Shown here: piece by piece, positions 17,281-26,177 of the stretch
How the letters are laid out: every line of letters begins with the position of its first letter
How positions within the stretch are numbered: the stretch's first letter is position 1
Source: Candidatus Odinarchaeota archaeon
GTDB taxonomy: Archaea; Asgardarchaeota; Odinarchaeia; Odinarchaeales; Odinarchaeaceae
Direction of reading: 5' to 3'
DNA: 27,752 nucleotides
NCBI GenBank assembly: GCA_038826135.1
Contig: JAWBON010000007.1
Location: 2,692 to 30,443 of the forward strand
Position numbers and translations under genes: made by a program
The notes under the pieces: model-generated
Told to the model about the DNA's origin: nothing
The model's input: the letters and a program-made list of their open reading frames with translations, nothing else
Database searches by the model: none

Positions 17281-17691
17281 TTGTTAAAGGTCTCTGAAAT
17301 GGATGTTGATATAAGCAGAGTCCGCCTGTTAGTGGAGGAGATTAACAGTAAGTCTGAGAGAGCCCCAATAATAGTTGAGGGTAGAAAAGACGTAGAGAGT
17401 CTTAGGAGGATCGGAGTTACAGGGATTATTTATAGTTTAAACGGTCGGAGTGTAAGTGAAATTGTAGAGGAGCTTGAACATTACGGGGAGGTAATAATTT
17501 TAACGGATTATGACAGTGAAGGTGTTAAAATAAAAAATAAACTTGTTAAAGATTTTCAGCTAGTAGGTGTGAAAGTTAATTTAAGATATTACAGGCTTCT
17601 TAAGAGAATTTTGAAGGGGTTTATATTTCAAATTGAAGGGTTATTCAAATTTCTGGAAAGTAGAGGTTATTGCGAGACACAGACCACTTGA
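17281..17691 (+). CDS. Stand-alone Toprim domain protein (small primase-like/RNase M5-like family)
   Basis: IIVEGRKD and ILTDYDSEG Toprim motifs. Start uncertain (TTG 17281 or ATG 17299). Confidence 0.8.
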   Translation: MLKVSEMDVDISRVRLLVEEINSKSERAPIIVEGRKDVESLRRIGVTGIIYSLNGRSVSEIVEELEHYGEVIILTDYDSEGVKIKNKLVKDFQLVGVKVNLRYYRLLKRILKGFIFQIEGLFKFLESRGYCETQTT

Positions 17692-17869
17692 AGGTTTCAA
17701 CTACCAGCATTCAGTGTTAAAATGATTAGCTTTTTATTCTAAAAAGGATTGTTTTTAAGATAGATAACCATATATGTAAGTGTAATCGCGTTTAACGTGG
17801 TTATCTGCTTTAAAATCATATTCATATGATTCACCTATAGTAATTAATTCACTAGGAGGAGGATTATCA

Positions 17870-19135
17870 TTGTCATCAAATGATAAAGAAGAGTTTAATA
17901 CTATAAAATATATTATAAAAGTTCGTTTTGAAGTTGACGGGGTTGTTGAAAAACCGGATGTTATTGGAGCTGTTTTCGGTCAAACAGAGGGTTTACTGGG
18001 AGTTGATTTAGATCTCAGAGAACTTCAGAAAACAGGCAGGATAGGTAGGATAGGCGTAACATTAGAATTAAAGAATGGAAAAGCCTTCGGCGAAGTTACT
18101 GTACCATCCAGTTTAGACCGTGCTGAAACAGCTATACTAGCTGCAGCGCTTGAAACCATAGACCGTGTCGGACCGTGCACGGCTAGAATGACTTTGGATA
18201 AGATTGAAGACGTGAGAAGTGCTAAAAGAGATAAAATACTTGACAGAGCAGCGGATATATTAAAAAACTGGTCTGAAACTGTAGCTCCGGAAACAGCGGA
18301 CATAACTGACGCTGTGATGCGAGCTATTAAAACAGAGGCTATAACTAAACACGGACCGGAGGAGTTGCCAGCTGGCCCGGGTTTAGAAGAGTCTGAGTCA
18401 ATAATAATTGTTGAGGGAAGAGCTGACGTCATAAATCTTTTAAAACATGGTTTCAGAAACACAGTGGCTGTGGAAGGGACGAATATCCCAAAATCCATAA
18501 TAGACCTGTGCAATGAAAAAGTTGTCACTGTTTTCACAGACGGGGATAGAGGCGGAGAACTGATATTAAAAGAACTACTCCAGGTCGCAGATGTAGATTA
18601 CGTTGCCAGAGCACCCCCCGGTAAAGAAGTTGAAGAGCTAACTAGAAAAGAAATCGTGAAATGTCTTAGAAATCGGGTTCCTGTTGAACAGATTATAGCT
18701 CAATATAAACCAGCTTATAAGGAGCATAAACCTCAACATGAAGCGGTGGAGGAGAAAACTAGGGAGGTCCATCCTGCCAGACCAGTTTATCCGCGTAAAA
18801 CAGTGCAGAGAGGGAGAAAGGTTAAACCCGCACTAAAACTACCAGCAAGCGTTATTGATAAAATCTCTAAATTACCCGAGTCGTCGAATGCTTTAATCCT
18901 AAGCGAGGACGGTGAGGAGATAGCTAAGTTACCTGTAGCTGAATTAGTTGAGAAACTTGAAAGCTTAGACGGCGCGGGTGTAGTGGCATTTGACGGTGTG
19001 ATAACTCAGAGAATAGTAGATTTAGCAGGTCAAAAGAAGATTAAATATATAGTAGGAGCCAGGCTCGGTAAAATCCAGAAGAAACCAGTCGACATAGAGT
19101 TGATGACATTTGAAGAGATTCAAAACACTGCGTAA
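17870..19135 (+). CDS. dnaG: Archaeal DnaG-type primase (exosome-associated)
   Basis: VEKPDVIGAVFGQTEGLLG, LRELQKTGRIGRI, IIVEGRADV, DGDRGG and VAFDGVITQR. Strong AGGAGGAGG at 17854-17862. Confidence 0.95.
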   Translation: MSSNDKEEFNTIKYIIKVRFEVDGVVEKPDVIGAVFGQTEGLLGVDLDLRELQKTGRIGRIGVTLELKNGKAFGEVTVPSSLDRAETAILAAALETIDRVGPCTARMTLDKIEDVRSAKRDKILDRAADILKNWSETVAPETADITDAVMRAIKTEAITKHGPEELPAGPGLEESESIIIVEGRADVINLLKHGFRNTVAVEGTNIPKSIIDLCNEKVVTVFTDGDRGGELILKELLQVADVDYVARAPPGKEVEELTRKEIVKCLRNRVPVEQIIAQYKPAYKEHKPQHEAVEEKTREVHPARPVYPRKTVQRGRKVKPALKLPASVIDKISKLPESSNALILSEDGEEIAKLPVAELVEKLESLDGAGVVAFDGVITQRIVDLAGQKKIKYIVGARLGKIQKKPVDIELMTFEEIQNTA

Positions 19136-19192
19136 CTTTCTCTAACTCTGCTAACGAAAAATATTATAAATCCAGTTAAAAACATTCAATAT

Positions 19193-19843
19193 TTGGAAGC
19201 GGTTACAGTGTCTACGAATATAATAGCAGGTACTAAAGCAACTAGAATGGAGTTGCTTACACTTAAAAAGAAGAAGCAGTTAGCCCAAAAAGGCTATGAA
19301 CTTTTAAAAGAGAAGAGAGACGCGTTAATAATGGAGTTTTTCCGGCTTATAGAGGATGTTAAAGAGCTTAGAGACAGAGTAGAATCAGATATCGGATTAG
19401 CATTCTTAAACTTGAAATATGCGAAGATGGTTGACGGGCCATTAAAATTATACGGGTTAGCTTCATCTATTAAGCCTACAGTGAATTTAGAGGTTGAAAC
19501 CCATAATGTCATGGGTGTTAAAATGCCTAGACTAAATATAGTGAGTAGAGAGGAAGCGGAAGTTCAGCACAGTTTACTCGGATTCTCTTCTAAAACAGAT
19601 GATGCTAGAAGATATTTCTCAAAAGCGCTTGACACTATAATTAAGCTGGCTGAAATAGAGGGAAGCGTTAAGAGACTGGCTGAGGAGATAGAGAAGTCTA
19701 AGAGAAGAGTTAACGCTCTCAGATCCATAGTTATCCCGAGGATAGAGGCGACTATAAATTATATTGAACTCCACCTTGAAGAGGCTGAAAGAGAGGATTT
19801 TACCCGGCTTAAATTTATTAAAAGAAAATTAAGCGGCGGATAG
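19193..19843 (+). CDS. atpD: A/V-type ATP synthase subunit D
   Basis: KATRMELL...GYELLKEKRDAL, NVMGVKMP, RRVNAL...IP and EREDFTRLK. Confidence 0.92.
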   Translation: MEAVTVSTNIIAGTKATRMELLTLKKKKQLAQKGYELLKEKRDALIMEFFRLIEDVKELRDRVESDIGLAFLNLKYAKMVDGPLKLYGLASSIKPTVNLEVETHNVMGVKMPRLNIVSREEAEVQHSLLGFSSKTDDARRYFSKALDTIIKLAEIEGSVKRLAEEIEKSKRRVNALRSIVIPRIEATINYIELHLEEAEREDFTRLKFIKRKLSGG

Positions 19844-20233
19844 CTACCGGTTTTTAAGGTGTATTATAGCTTGAGCGATATTACCGCCGGCGAGCCTGAG
19901 TGCTTCTTCAGCATCCTCCTCACTGGCACCTGTTTGAGAGCAAACCAGCCTAATATCTTCTAACGGTATTTCTAGTTCAACGTCTTTGACAACAGCACCG
20001 CTCTCAGCAACACCGCCACTCTCACTTAAAACTCTTTCAGACACCTGACCTGTGACTTGAAAACTCTCTTGGCCGGCTCCGCTGATACGAGTAACCTGCG
20101 GGTTTGAGATAACGATCTCTCTTTCAGAGCATCTGATAAGAACCTCTCTCACATCACCTAATTCTTCAACGTTTATTCCCATTTTCTTCATAGCTTTCTT
20201 CATCAACTTAGGATTCAACTTCCGCCTCATCAT
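19844..20233 (-). CDS. nac: Nascent polypeptide-associated complex protein (archaeal NAC)
   Basis: NPKLMKKAMKKMGINVEEL, NAC barrel, and C-terminal UBA-like EDIRLVCSQTGASEEDAEEAL...GNIAQAI. Confidence 0.93.
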   Translation of the reverse strand: MMRRKLNPKLMKKAMKKMGINVEELGDVREVLIRCSEREIVISNPQVTRISGAGQESFQVTGQVSERVLSESGGVAESGAVVKDVELEIPLEDIRLVCSQTGASEEDAEEALRLAGGNIAQAIIHLKNR

Positions 20234-20723
20234 TTAAATCACCAACACCTTTCCTCACATTAACCGCTACACCGTACTTGAAGGATGTCATTTCATCACC
20301 ATTAAGAAGCGCCCGCCCCACCGCCAGCAGATTATCACCATCATCCACTACTAAAACTTCATCAGCGGGTCTGATCAAAGGATCGCAGGATCTGACGTGT
20401 TTAGAGTACACGTTTCTACCCTCCCGTATAATAGACTCAACTGATCGCTCAACTATAACTCTACTAGAAGGTTTTGGAACAACCCTTAAAAATCGTTTCG
20501 CACCCTTTAATGATAAAATAAGATGACCGTTTGTAGGCTTTACAGTAGCGATAAGACTGTTATCAGAGTAAATATAGCGGACTCTACCTGTTCTTTTAGA
20601 TCTAACTATGGATATAGGAATATTGAAATATTCTTCCCCTTTATCAGTTCGATACTGATAGTTGAAGAGAACTATAAGCCTCTTAAACTCATAAAGGTTA
20701 ACGCTCTCATTCATCGAGAACAA
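20208..20723 (-). CDS. PUA domain RNA-binding protein (similar to the archaeosine TGT C-terminal region)
   Basis: SKRTGRVRYI, GRNVYSKHV, IRPADEVLVVD...AVGRALL and GVAVNVRKG. Start uncertain. Confidence 0.8.
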   Translation of the reverse strand: MFSMNESVNLYEFKRLIVLFNYQYRTDKGEEYFNIPISIVRSKRTGRVRYIYSDNSLIATVKPTNGHLILSLKGAKRFLRVVPKPSSRVIVERSVESIIREGRNVYSKHVRSCDPLIRPADEVLVVDDGDNLLAVGRALLNGDEMTSFKYGVAVNVRKGVGDLNDEAEVES

Positions 20724-20733
20724 CCTTAAGGGA

Positions 20734-21930
20734 TTAACCGTAAAGCTGGGTGTTAATTAACCCGCTCTCCTCTTTCCCCATAATCTTTTCAACAGCGTTT
20801 AAGAAGTCTCCCATTGTAACCTTATCCCTCAACTCACGTATAGCAAACATACCCGCCTCTGTACAGATAGCTTTAATGTCCGCTCCAGTAGCGCCCTCTG
20901 TTTTCTTAATCAGATCTGCGAATGACACCGAATCGTCGATGTTCATTCTCCTAGTGTGAATTCTGAAAATATCAGCTCTAGCCTCATCGTCGGGTAATGG
21001 AAACTCTATCATTCTGTCGAAGCGTCCGGGTCTCAGTAAAGCGGGATCCAATATATCCGGCCGATTGGTAGCAGCGATTATTCTAACATCACCGCGTGCG
21101 TCAAACCCGTCTAACTCACTTAACAGTTGCATTAGGGTTCTCTGAACCTCTCTGTCGCCGCTAGTAGCTAAATCCATTCTCTTACTGCCGACGGCGTCTA
21201 TTTCATCTATGAAAACTATGCTTGGAGCCTTCTCTCTAGCCATATTGAAGATATCTCTGACTAATCTAGCTCCTTCACCTATAAACTTCTGTACAAGCTC
21301 CGAGCTAATCACACGTATGAACGCGGTTTTAGTTTCATGAGCTACGGCACGCGCAACCATTGTTTTACCGGTTCCAGGAGGCCCGTAGAGGAGAACTCCT
21401 TTAGGCGGGTCTATCCCTACTTTCTTAAATAATTCCGGTTTCATTAAAGGAAGTTCAACAGTCTCTCTAATCTCTCTTATCTGGTCTTTTAAACCACCTA
21501 TATCATCATAAGTTATCGCCGGGGCTTCTTCAACCTCCATAGCTTTAACGAATGGATCTCTTGTCGGCGGTAGAACCTCTACTAGGGAGAATGTCCGCTG
21601 ATTTAAAGCTACACGTGCTCCGGGAACTATTTTAGTGGGGCCTATACTACCATACGCTTGAACCACGAAGTGGGGTCCTGTACTGCTTTTAACAACCACT
21701 CTACCATCCTCTAACACATCTACAACTGTGGCTGCGATAAGAGGAGTCTGCCGCATTCTCTCAAGTTCTGTTCTTATAGCGTGAACTTCGCGTTCAAGTC
21801 TAACTCTTTCAGCATCAATCAACTGTTTCTCTGTTTCAAGAGCCCTTATCTTGCGCTCCAAATGCTTAGTGTACGTTACAAGATAAGAGTCTTCTTCAAC
21901 TTCTTTTTTTGCCCCAGATGTTTCCGCCAA
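20734..21930 (-). CDS. pan: Proteasome-activating nucleotidase
   Basis: N-terminal coiled coil/OB fold, [45 protein letters not shown] and [13 protein letters not shown]. Confidence 0.96.
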   Translation of the reverse strand: MAETSGAKKEVEEDSYLVTYTKHLERKIRALETEKQLIDAERVRLEREVHAIRTELERMRQTPLIAATVVDVLEDGRVVVKSSTGPHFVVQAYGSIGPTKIVPGARVALNQRTFSLVEVLPPTRDPFVKAMEVEEAPAITYDDIGGLKDQIREIRETVELPLMKPELFKKVGIDPPKGVLLYGPPGTGKTMVARAVAHETKTAFIRVISSELVQKFIGEGARLVRDIFNMAREKAPSIVFIDEIDAVGSKRMDLATSGDREVQRTLMQLLSELDGFDARGDVRIIAATNRPDILDPALLRPGRFDRMIEFPLPDDEARADIFRIHTRRMNIDDSVSFADLIKKTEGATGADIKAICTEAGMFAIRELRDKVTMGDFLNAVEKIMGKEESGLINTQLYG

Positions 21931-22195
21931 GTATTTTTACCTCCGATAGTAGAGGATAATACTATATGAATTTACTCAAAACCTAATTAAAAATGTATCA
22001 TAGTTAACAATCACATGTATTTAAAGCTGTTACTATAAAACCGGCAGCCAGCTCAACTAAATCAGCATATAACTTATATTCAGATTTAATATAAGCTAAT
22101 TTAGTGTACAAATACTATTAAAAATATATTTTAAATCTCACCGGGTATGAAACTCCCAGTCTTTAGATGAAATTTGATTTGAGAGGGGTATTAGA

Positions 22196-22696
22196 TTGCA
22201 ATGCGAAATATGCGGTAAAAATACTCCTGAAACAGTATATATATCGCTTGACGGTGCGATCTTATCTGTTTGCGATGAATGTTCAAAATACGGAAGCATA
22301 GTTGAGGAACCGGTAGTGCGCGATTATAAGCCTCCTAAAAAAATAGAGTATAAGAAGCCTGCTATAAAAGATAAAACACCAGTGAACTCTGAAAACATTC
22401 TCCAAGTTAAACCTGATTATTTTAAGATTATAAAAACTGAGAGAGAGAAGAGAAAGCTAACACAGGAGGAACTGGCTAGGCTACTTAAAGAGAAGCCTTC
22501 AATTATAAGTAAAATTGAGACTGGAAAATTTGAGCCTGATGAGAGTTTAGTTAAAAAAATTGAGAAACTCTTCAATATAAAATTAATGGAGCCCACTGAA
22601 ATACCAGCATCTAACACGATCTCTAAAAGCAGCGAACTCACTTTAGGAGATGTGATAAATTTAAAAAAGCGAAGCAGTGATCTAAAAAATACTTAA
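22196..22696 (+). CDS. mbf1: Archaeal multiprotein bridging factor 1 (Zn-ribbon + HTH)
   Basis: CEICG...VCDEC, HTH REKRKLTQEELARLLKEKPSIISKIETG and terminal LTLGD. Confidence 0.92.
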   Translation: MQCEICGKNTPETVYISLDGAILSVCDECSKYGSIVEEPVVRDYKPPKKIEYKKPAIKDKTPVNSENILQVKPDYFKIIKTEREKRKLTQEELARLLKEKPSIISKIETGKFEPDESLVKKIEKLFNIKLMEPTEIPASNTISKSSELTLGDVINLKKRSSDLKNT

Positions 22697-22749
22697 TGTT
22701 GATATCAGCATGGTTAGTTTAAAGAAGAGGATTTTTCATCGAAAAATGA

Positions 22750-23274
22750 TTAAAAACGTTTTACAACTTTTTTACCTTTCTCCTGAGGTTCAACGACAAG
22801 TTTTGCGTCCGAAAACACTATCCCAAGCTCTTTACCCTCATAATATTCATGAAGGAATATTGCTAGAGCCGCTACTTCACTATGCGGCTGAGAACCCACA
22901 CTTATATTATAATCTGATAGAGTGTAAACCGCTCTTGGAACCTTTGACCCGCCTACAATTATGAGAATGTTTTTAAAAGATTTTAACTCGGATATTTTAT
23001 CCATTATCGGGAGACCGTAAATAGTCAGATGAACTGTTTTAAAACCTTTACTCTTAAACTCGTTAATAATTTTAATGTAATCATCACTATACTCTACTTT
23101 AAAAGCGCCACCCCATCTTTTAGCTGTCTCATCTAAGGATTCTATAATACTGTCATCTCTGTCCCCTGTAAAAATCCCAAAGTCCGCTCCAAAAGACCTG
23201 GCGGTCAGGAATACATGTGAAGATACTCTTTTATCTCTGCCAACCCTGTGACCGAGCCTTAAAACCCCGATCAT
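22750..23274 (-). CDS. trm56: tRNA (cytidine(56)-2'-O)-methyltransferase
   Basis: LRLGHRVGRDKRVSSHVFLTAR, WGG, VHLTIYG, VGGSKVP, YNISVGSQPHSEVAALAIFL. Confidence 0.95.
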   Translation of the reverse strand: MIGVLRLGHRVGRDKRVSSHVFLTARSFGADFGIFTGDRDDSIIESLDETAKRWGGAFKVEYSDDYIKIINEFKSKGFKTVHLTIYGLPIMDKISELKSFKNILIIVGGSKVPRAVYTLSDYNISVGSQPHSEVAALAIFLHEYYEGKELGIVFSDAKLVVEPQEKGKKVVKRF

Positions 23275-23376
23275 AAGAGATTCTCCTTATAAAACACAAT
23301 ATTTAAACTCCTTAAAAGAGTACTTATAAATAGGGAAATCATTAATTTATTTCCCGCCAATAATTAGAGGGTTAAT

Positions 23377-23883
23377 ATGAATTCAGTTACCAAAGATAAA
23401 AGGTTTAATAGCATCATAGAGGATTTAGACGGCGAAATAGACATGAATGTTGTAGGCTTGTTAAAAGACGACGAGGAGGTTACTGACGAATACATCTCTC
23501 AGAAAACAGGTTTAAAACTTAACATAGTTAGAAAGGTACTCTACAAGCTTTATGATACACATGTGGCTTCATACCGTCGTGAAAGAGATAAAAATACGGG
23601 CTGGTATATTTATTATTGGCGGCTTAATCCCGCTAAAATATATGATGTAGTTTACCGGAGAAAAATAAGTGTTCTCAAACTACTTGAGGAGCGCTTAAAA
23701 TATGAGAGAGAACACCAGTTTTATCAGTGCGAGAAAGATGAGAATATTAGACTAACTTTCGAAGAGGCTATGGAGGCAATGTTTAAATGCCCTCACTGCA
23801 ACGGTCAGCTTGTATTCAAAGATAATAAAAAACTGATCAGCAGTCTGAGTGCTAAAATAGATGAATTGAAGAGGGGTCTTTAA
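23377..23883 (+). CDS. tfe: Transcription factor E (TFIIE alpha-like)
   Basis: Winged helix TDEYISQKTGLKLNIVRKVLYKLY, GWYIYYW, and Zn-ribbon with FEEAMEAMFKCPHCN. Confidence 0.95.
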   Translation: MNSVTKDKRFNSIIEDLDGEIDMNVVGLLKDDEEVTDEYISQKTGLKLNIVRKVLYKLYDTHVASYRRERDKNTGWYIYYWRLNPAKIYDVVYRRKISVLKLLEERLKYEREHQFYQCEKDENIRLTFEEAMEAMFKCPHCNGQLVFKDNKKLISSLSAKIDELKRGL

Positions 23884-24425
23884 CCCTTTTTTTGAAGATT
23901 TATAAGCTCTTCTTCAATTAATTTAATTCTTTTATAAGCTTCCTTAATAAGTGGGGTTTCACCATACTTGGATATCCATAGTTGAAATCTCCGATCCACT
24001 GTAACACGCTTATCTTCAAATGAGATTTTATCCGCGTAACAGCAGATTTTCTCTTCAAGAGTTCTTGGAATATAATCAGCTGAAGGTAAACCGAGAACTC
24101 TAGCCTCCTGTTCAGTTAAACCTCCGAGAACGTGTGTTTCAGCTATTCTCTTCAGCTTTATAGAGTAGCCTTTACTTAATATTATCTGACCGCCGATAAC
24201 ACCGTGTGACAGATCATTTACTCTACTTCTCCCGATATCGTGAAGAAGCGCCCCCGCTTCAACTAATTTAATGTTTACAGGAAACCGCTTAAGGGCTATA
24301 GCCTCAGCTATTTCTAAAGCAGCTGCGCAGACAGCTTCACTATGTTTCACCACACCTGTTTCAAGGTTGAGTTCAGTGAAAAGGGCGTATATTTTTTTCT
24401 TATCGGGTAGGCTAATAACAGGCAC
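23880..24425 (-). CDS. HD-domain (HDIG-type) metal-dependent phosphohydrolase
   Basis: HSEAV, ALLHDIGRS, HGVIG, ETHVLGG and EEKICCYADK. A common archaeal neighbour of tfe. Confidence 0.88.
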   Translation of the reverse strand: MPVISLPDKKKIYALFTELNLETGVVKHSEAVCAAALEIAEAIALKRFPVNIKLVEAGALLHDIGRSRVNDLSHGVIGGQIILSKGYSIKLKRIAETHVLGGLTEQEARVLGLPSADYIPRTLEEKICCYADKISFEDKRVTVDRRFQLWISKYGETPLIKEAYKRIKLIEEELINLQKKG

Positions 24426-24450
24426 CTCTGAATTAAAATCTCACTTAATG

Positions 24451-24600
24451 TTAAATTAACTTAACCTGTTTTAACGGAGCTACCCGTTTAAAGCTAACGT
24501 AATGCGGGGTGATTTTTAACTGCTTGACCATCTCTAAAAATATTTTTGACAGAGGCGTCTTCGAAGTATTGTAAAAGTATTTTTTCAGTTTATTAACCAT
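24451..24600 (-). CDS. Possible 49-aa basic small protein (not in the ORF track)
   Basis: Read manually: MVNKLKKYFYNTSKTPLSKIFLEMVKQLKITPHYVSFKRVAPLKQVKLI. ATG lies 10 nt after the upstream stop, preceded by GTGGGGG. No recognisable motif. Confidence 0.25.
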   Translation of the reverse strand: MVNKLKKYFYNTSKTPLSKIFLEMVKQLKITPHYVSFKRVAPLKQVKLI

Positions 24601-24610
24601 TAACCCCCAC

Positions 24611-24964
24611 CTATTTAGATGTGTAAAACTTGCAGCGTCTAATAGTTCTCAATTTAACGATGATCCTGTTAGCGGTGTCACAGTATTTTACGTGTCGCTC
24701 GGTTTCATCTGTTTTAAGGCGAAGCATAGGCGCGTGCACGCAGTTTACGCAGCGGATACCGTTAAACGGTTGCATTTTAGGAGCTGCGCAACTGACGAGC
24801 TCGTATTTTTTATCGTAGCGGACTAAAAACTCGCATTTTTCACATTCCTCTGCTTCTGTGATCCCGCCGTGTTTTTTAGGGCAGGACACAACTTTTTTAA
24901 CTATTTTTACATCTGCGACTTCGTCGTCACGTAATGCGTCTACATATTCTATATTTCTACTCAT
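24611..24964 (-). CDS. Cys-rich hypothetical protein, probable metal binder
   Basis: Eight Cys arranged as C-x12-CxxC...C and CxxC...C...C; ATG preceded by a GGAGGG SD-like motif. Confidence 0.65.
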   Translation of the reverse strand: MSRNIEYVDALRDDEVADVKIVKKVVSCPKKHGGITEAEECEKCEFLVRYDKKYELVSCAAPKMQPFNGIRCVNCVHAPMLRLKTDETERHVKYCDTANRIIVKLRTIRRCKFYTSK

Positions 24965-25098
24965 TTTATCCCTCCTGCAAAATATTACTTAAGGTATTAT
25001 TAAGCGGAGGGAATATTTAATATTAAAGAAAAATAGGAAATTAAAATTTCATATTAATTAATTTGCTGATTATTTAACTATTAGTTAACCAAATGTTG

Positions 25099-25995
25099 CT
25101 AACCTATTTTAAATAAGGGCAGGGATCTATTTGGTTTAACCCCTTCTTCAATAGCTGCTTGCTGAATCGCAGCGTCCACCATCGCAACTGCGGGGAATAC
25201 GTATCCGCATCTTTCTATAGGCCCGTAGAGTATGAAATCAGCTCCGAAGCAGGCAGCCATAACCGCGGCCCCGGATATGCAGGAATTCTTAGATTCCCCG
25301 CCAAACTTACTAGCTAAACCTTTCCAAGTAGCCACCGCGTTCTCGGTTCCTCCTCCGACGGGGAGACCTAAAACATTTTTAAGCCGGAGCATAGCTTTAC
25401 AAGCCATACCAAGACTTGGAATATCTAAAATATATGTATCGAGTAAAGGTTTTGTAATAAAATCTGAGGTTAAATCTATGAGTTTACTAATATTTTCAAA
25501 TCTCTTAGTGGATGTGAAAGCGTCTGAGCTGTAAGCTAACAATATAGCGGCGGTAACACCGCTGTCTTTAATCATCTTAAACTCTTCAGGGGATGTTTTT
25601 AAATTAACGGAGTTGTAGATGATTTTATTCTGTAAACCAGTTTCATATATGTATTGGAGAGCTTTAGCCTTGGTTTCTAACCCCACAGCGTCTAATAGGA
25701 TCGGTGAATCCGTGTTTTCGACTGTGAAACTTATTTCACTCTCCACCGCTTCAGGGGATGAGATAATTAAATCAATCATCGCCGGGTTTCCTGTTTTATC
25801 GGAGAGAGAGTCCTGCGCGTTTAAAAGTTTAACAGCCTCGTTTTTGTTGAAGCGGAAAACACCGCTATTCTCGATTATCCTATGTCCGAGGTAGAAAATA
25901 CTCCCGACCAAGACTATAGGTCTTTCACCAGGGTTTCCCCCGATTTTAATACCGCCTATATCCCATACTCTCTGCGGAGCGCTGAATTTAATCAT
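25099..25995 (-). CDS. mtrH: MtrH-like methyltransferase (pterin-binding TIM barrel)
   Basis: IGGIKIGGNPGERPIVLVGSIFYLGH, QDSLSDKTGNP, IYNS, GLPVG and GADFILYGPIE. Confidence 0.85.
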   Translation of the reverse strand: MIKFSAPQRVWDIGGIKIGGNPGERPIVLVGSIFYLGHRIIENSGVFRFNKNEAVKLLNAQDSLSDKTGNPAMIDLIISSPEAVESEISFTVENTDSPILLDAVGLETKAKALQYIYETGLQNKIIYNSVNLKTSPEEFKMIKDSGVTAAILLAYSSDAFTSTKRFENISKLIDLTSDFITKPLLDTYILDIPSLGMACKAMLRLKNVLGLPVGGGTENAVATWKGLASKFGGESKNSCISGAAVMAACFGADFILYGPIERCGYVFPAVAMVDAAIQQAAIEEGVKPNRSLPLFKIG

Positions 25996-26177
25996 AATGC
26001 TTTCCCCGTTTATTGTTTAATTCTCCTATCATTATATATTATTAAATATATTTTACCAGCCGGGAGTTATACTTTAACATTGTTATAGCCTTATGTGGAG
26101 TTTTCTTACGCTTCAGAAGAGTTTTAGCGGTAGAGTGTTGAATTGTAAAAATCAAATAAAGTTTTAAAGTGAGTGTG

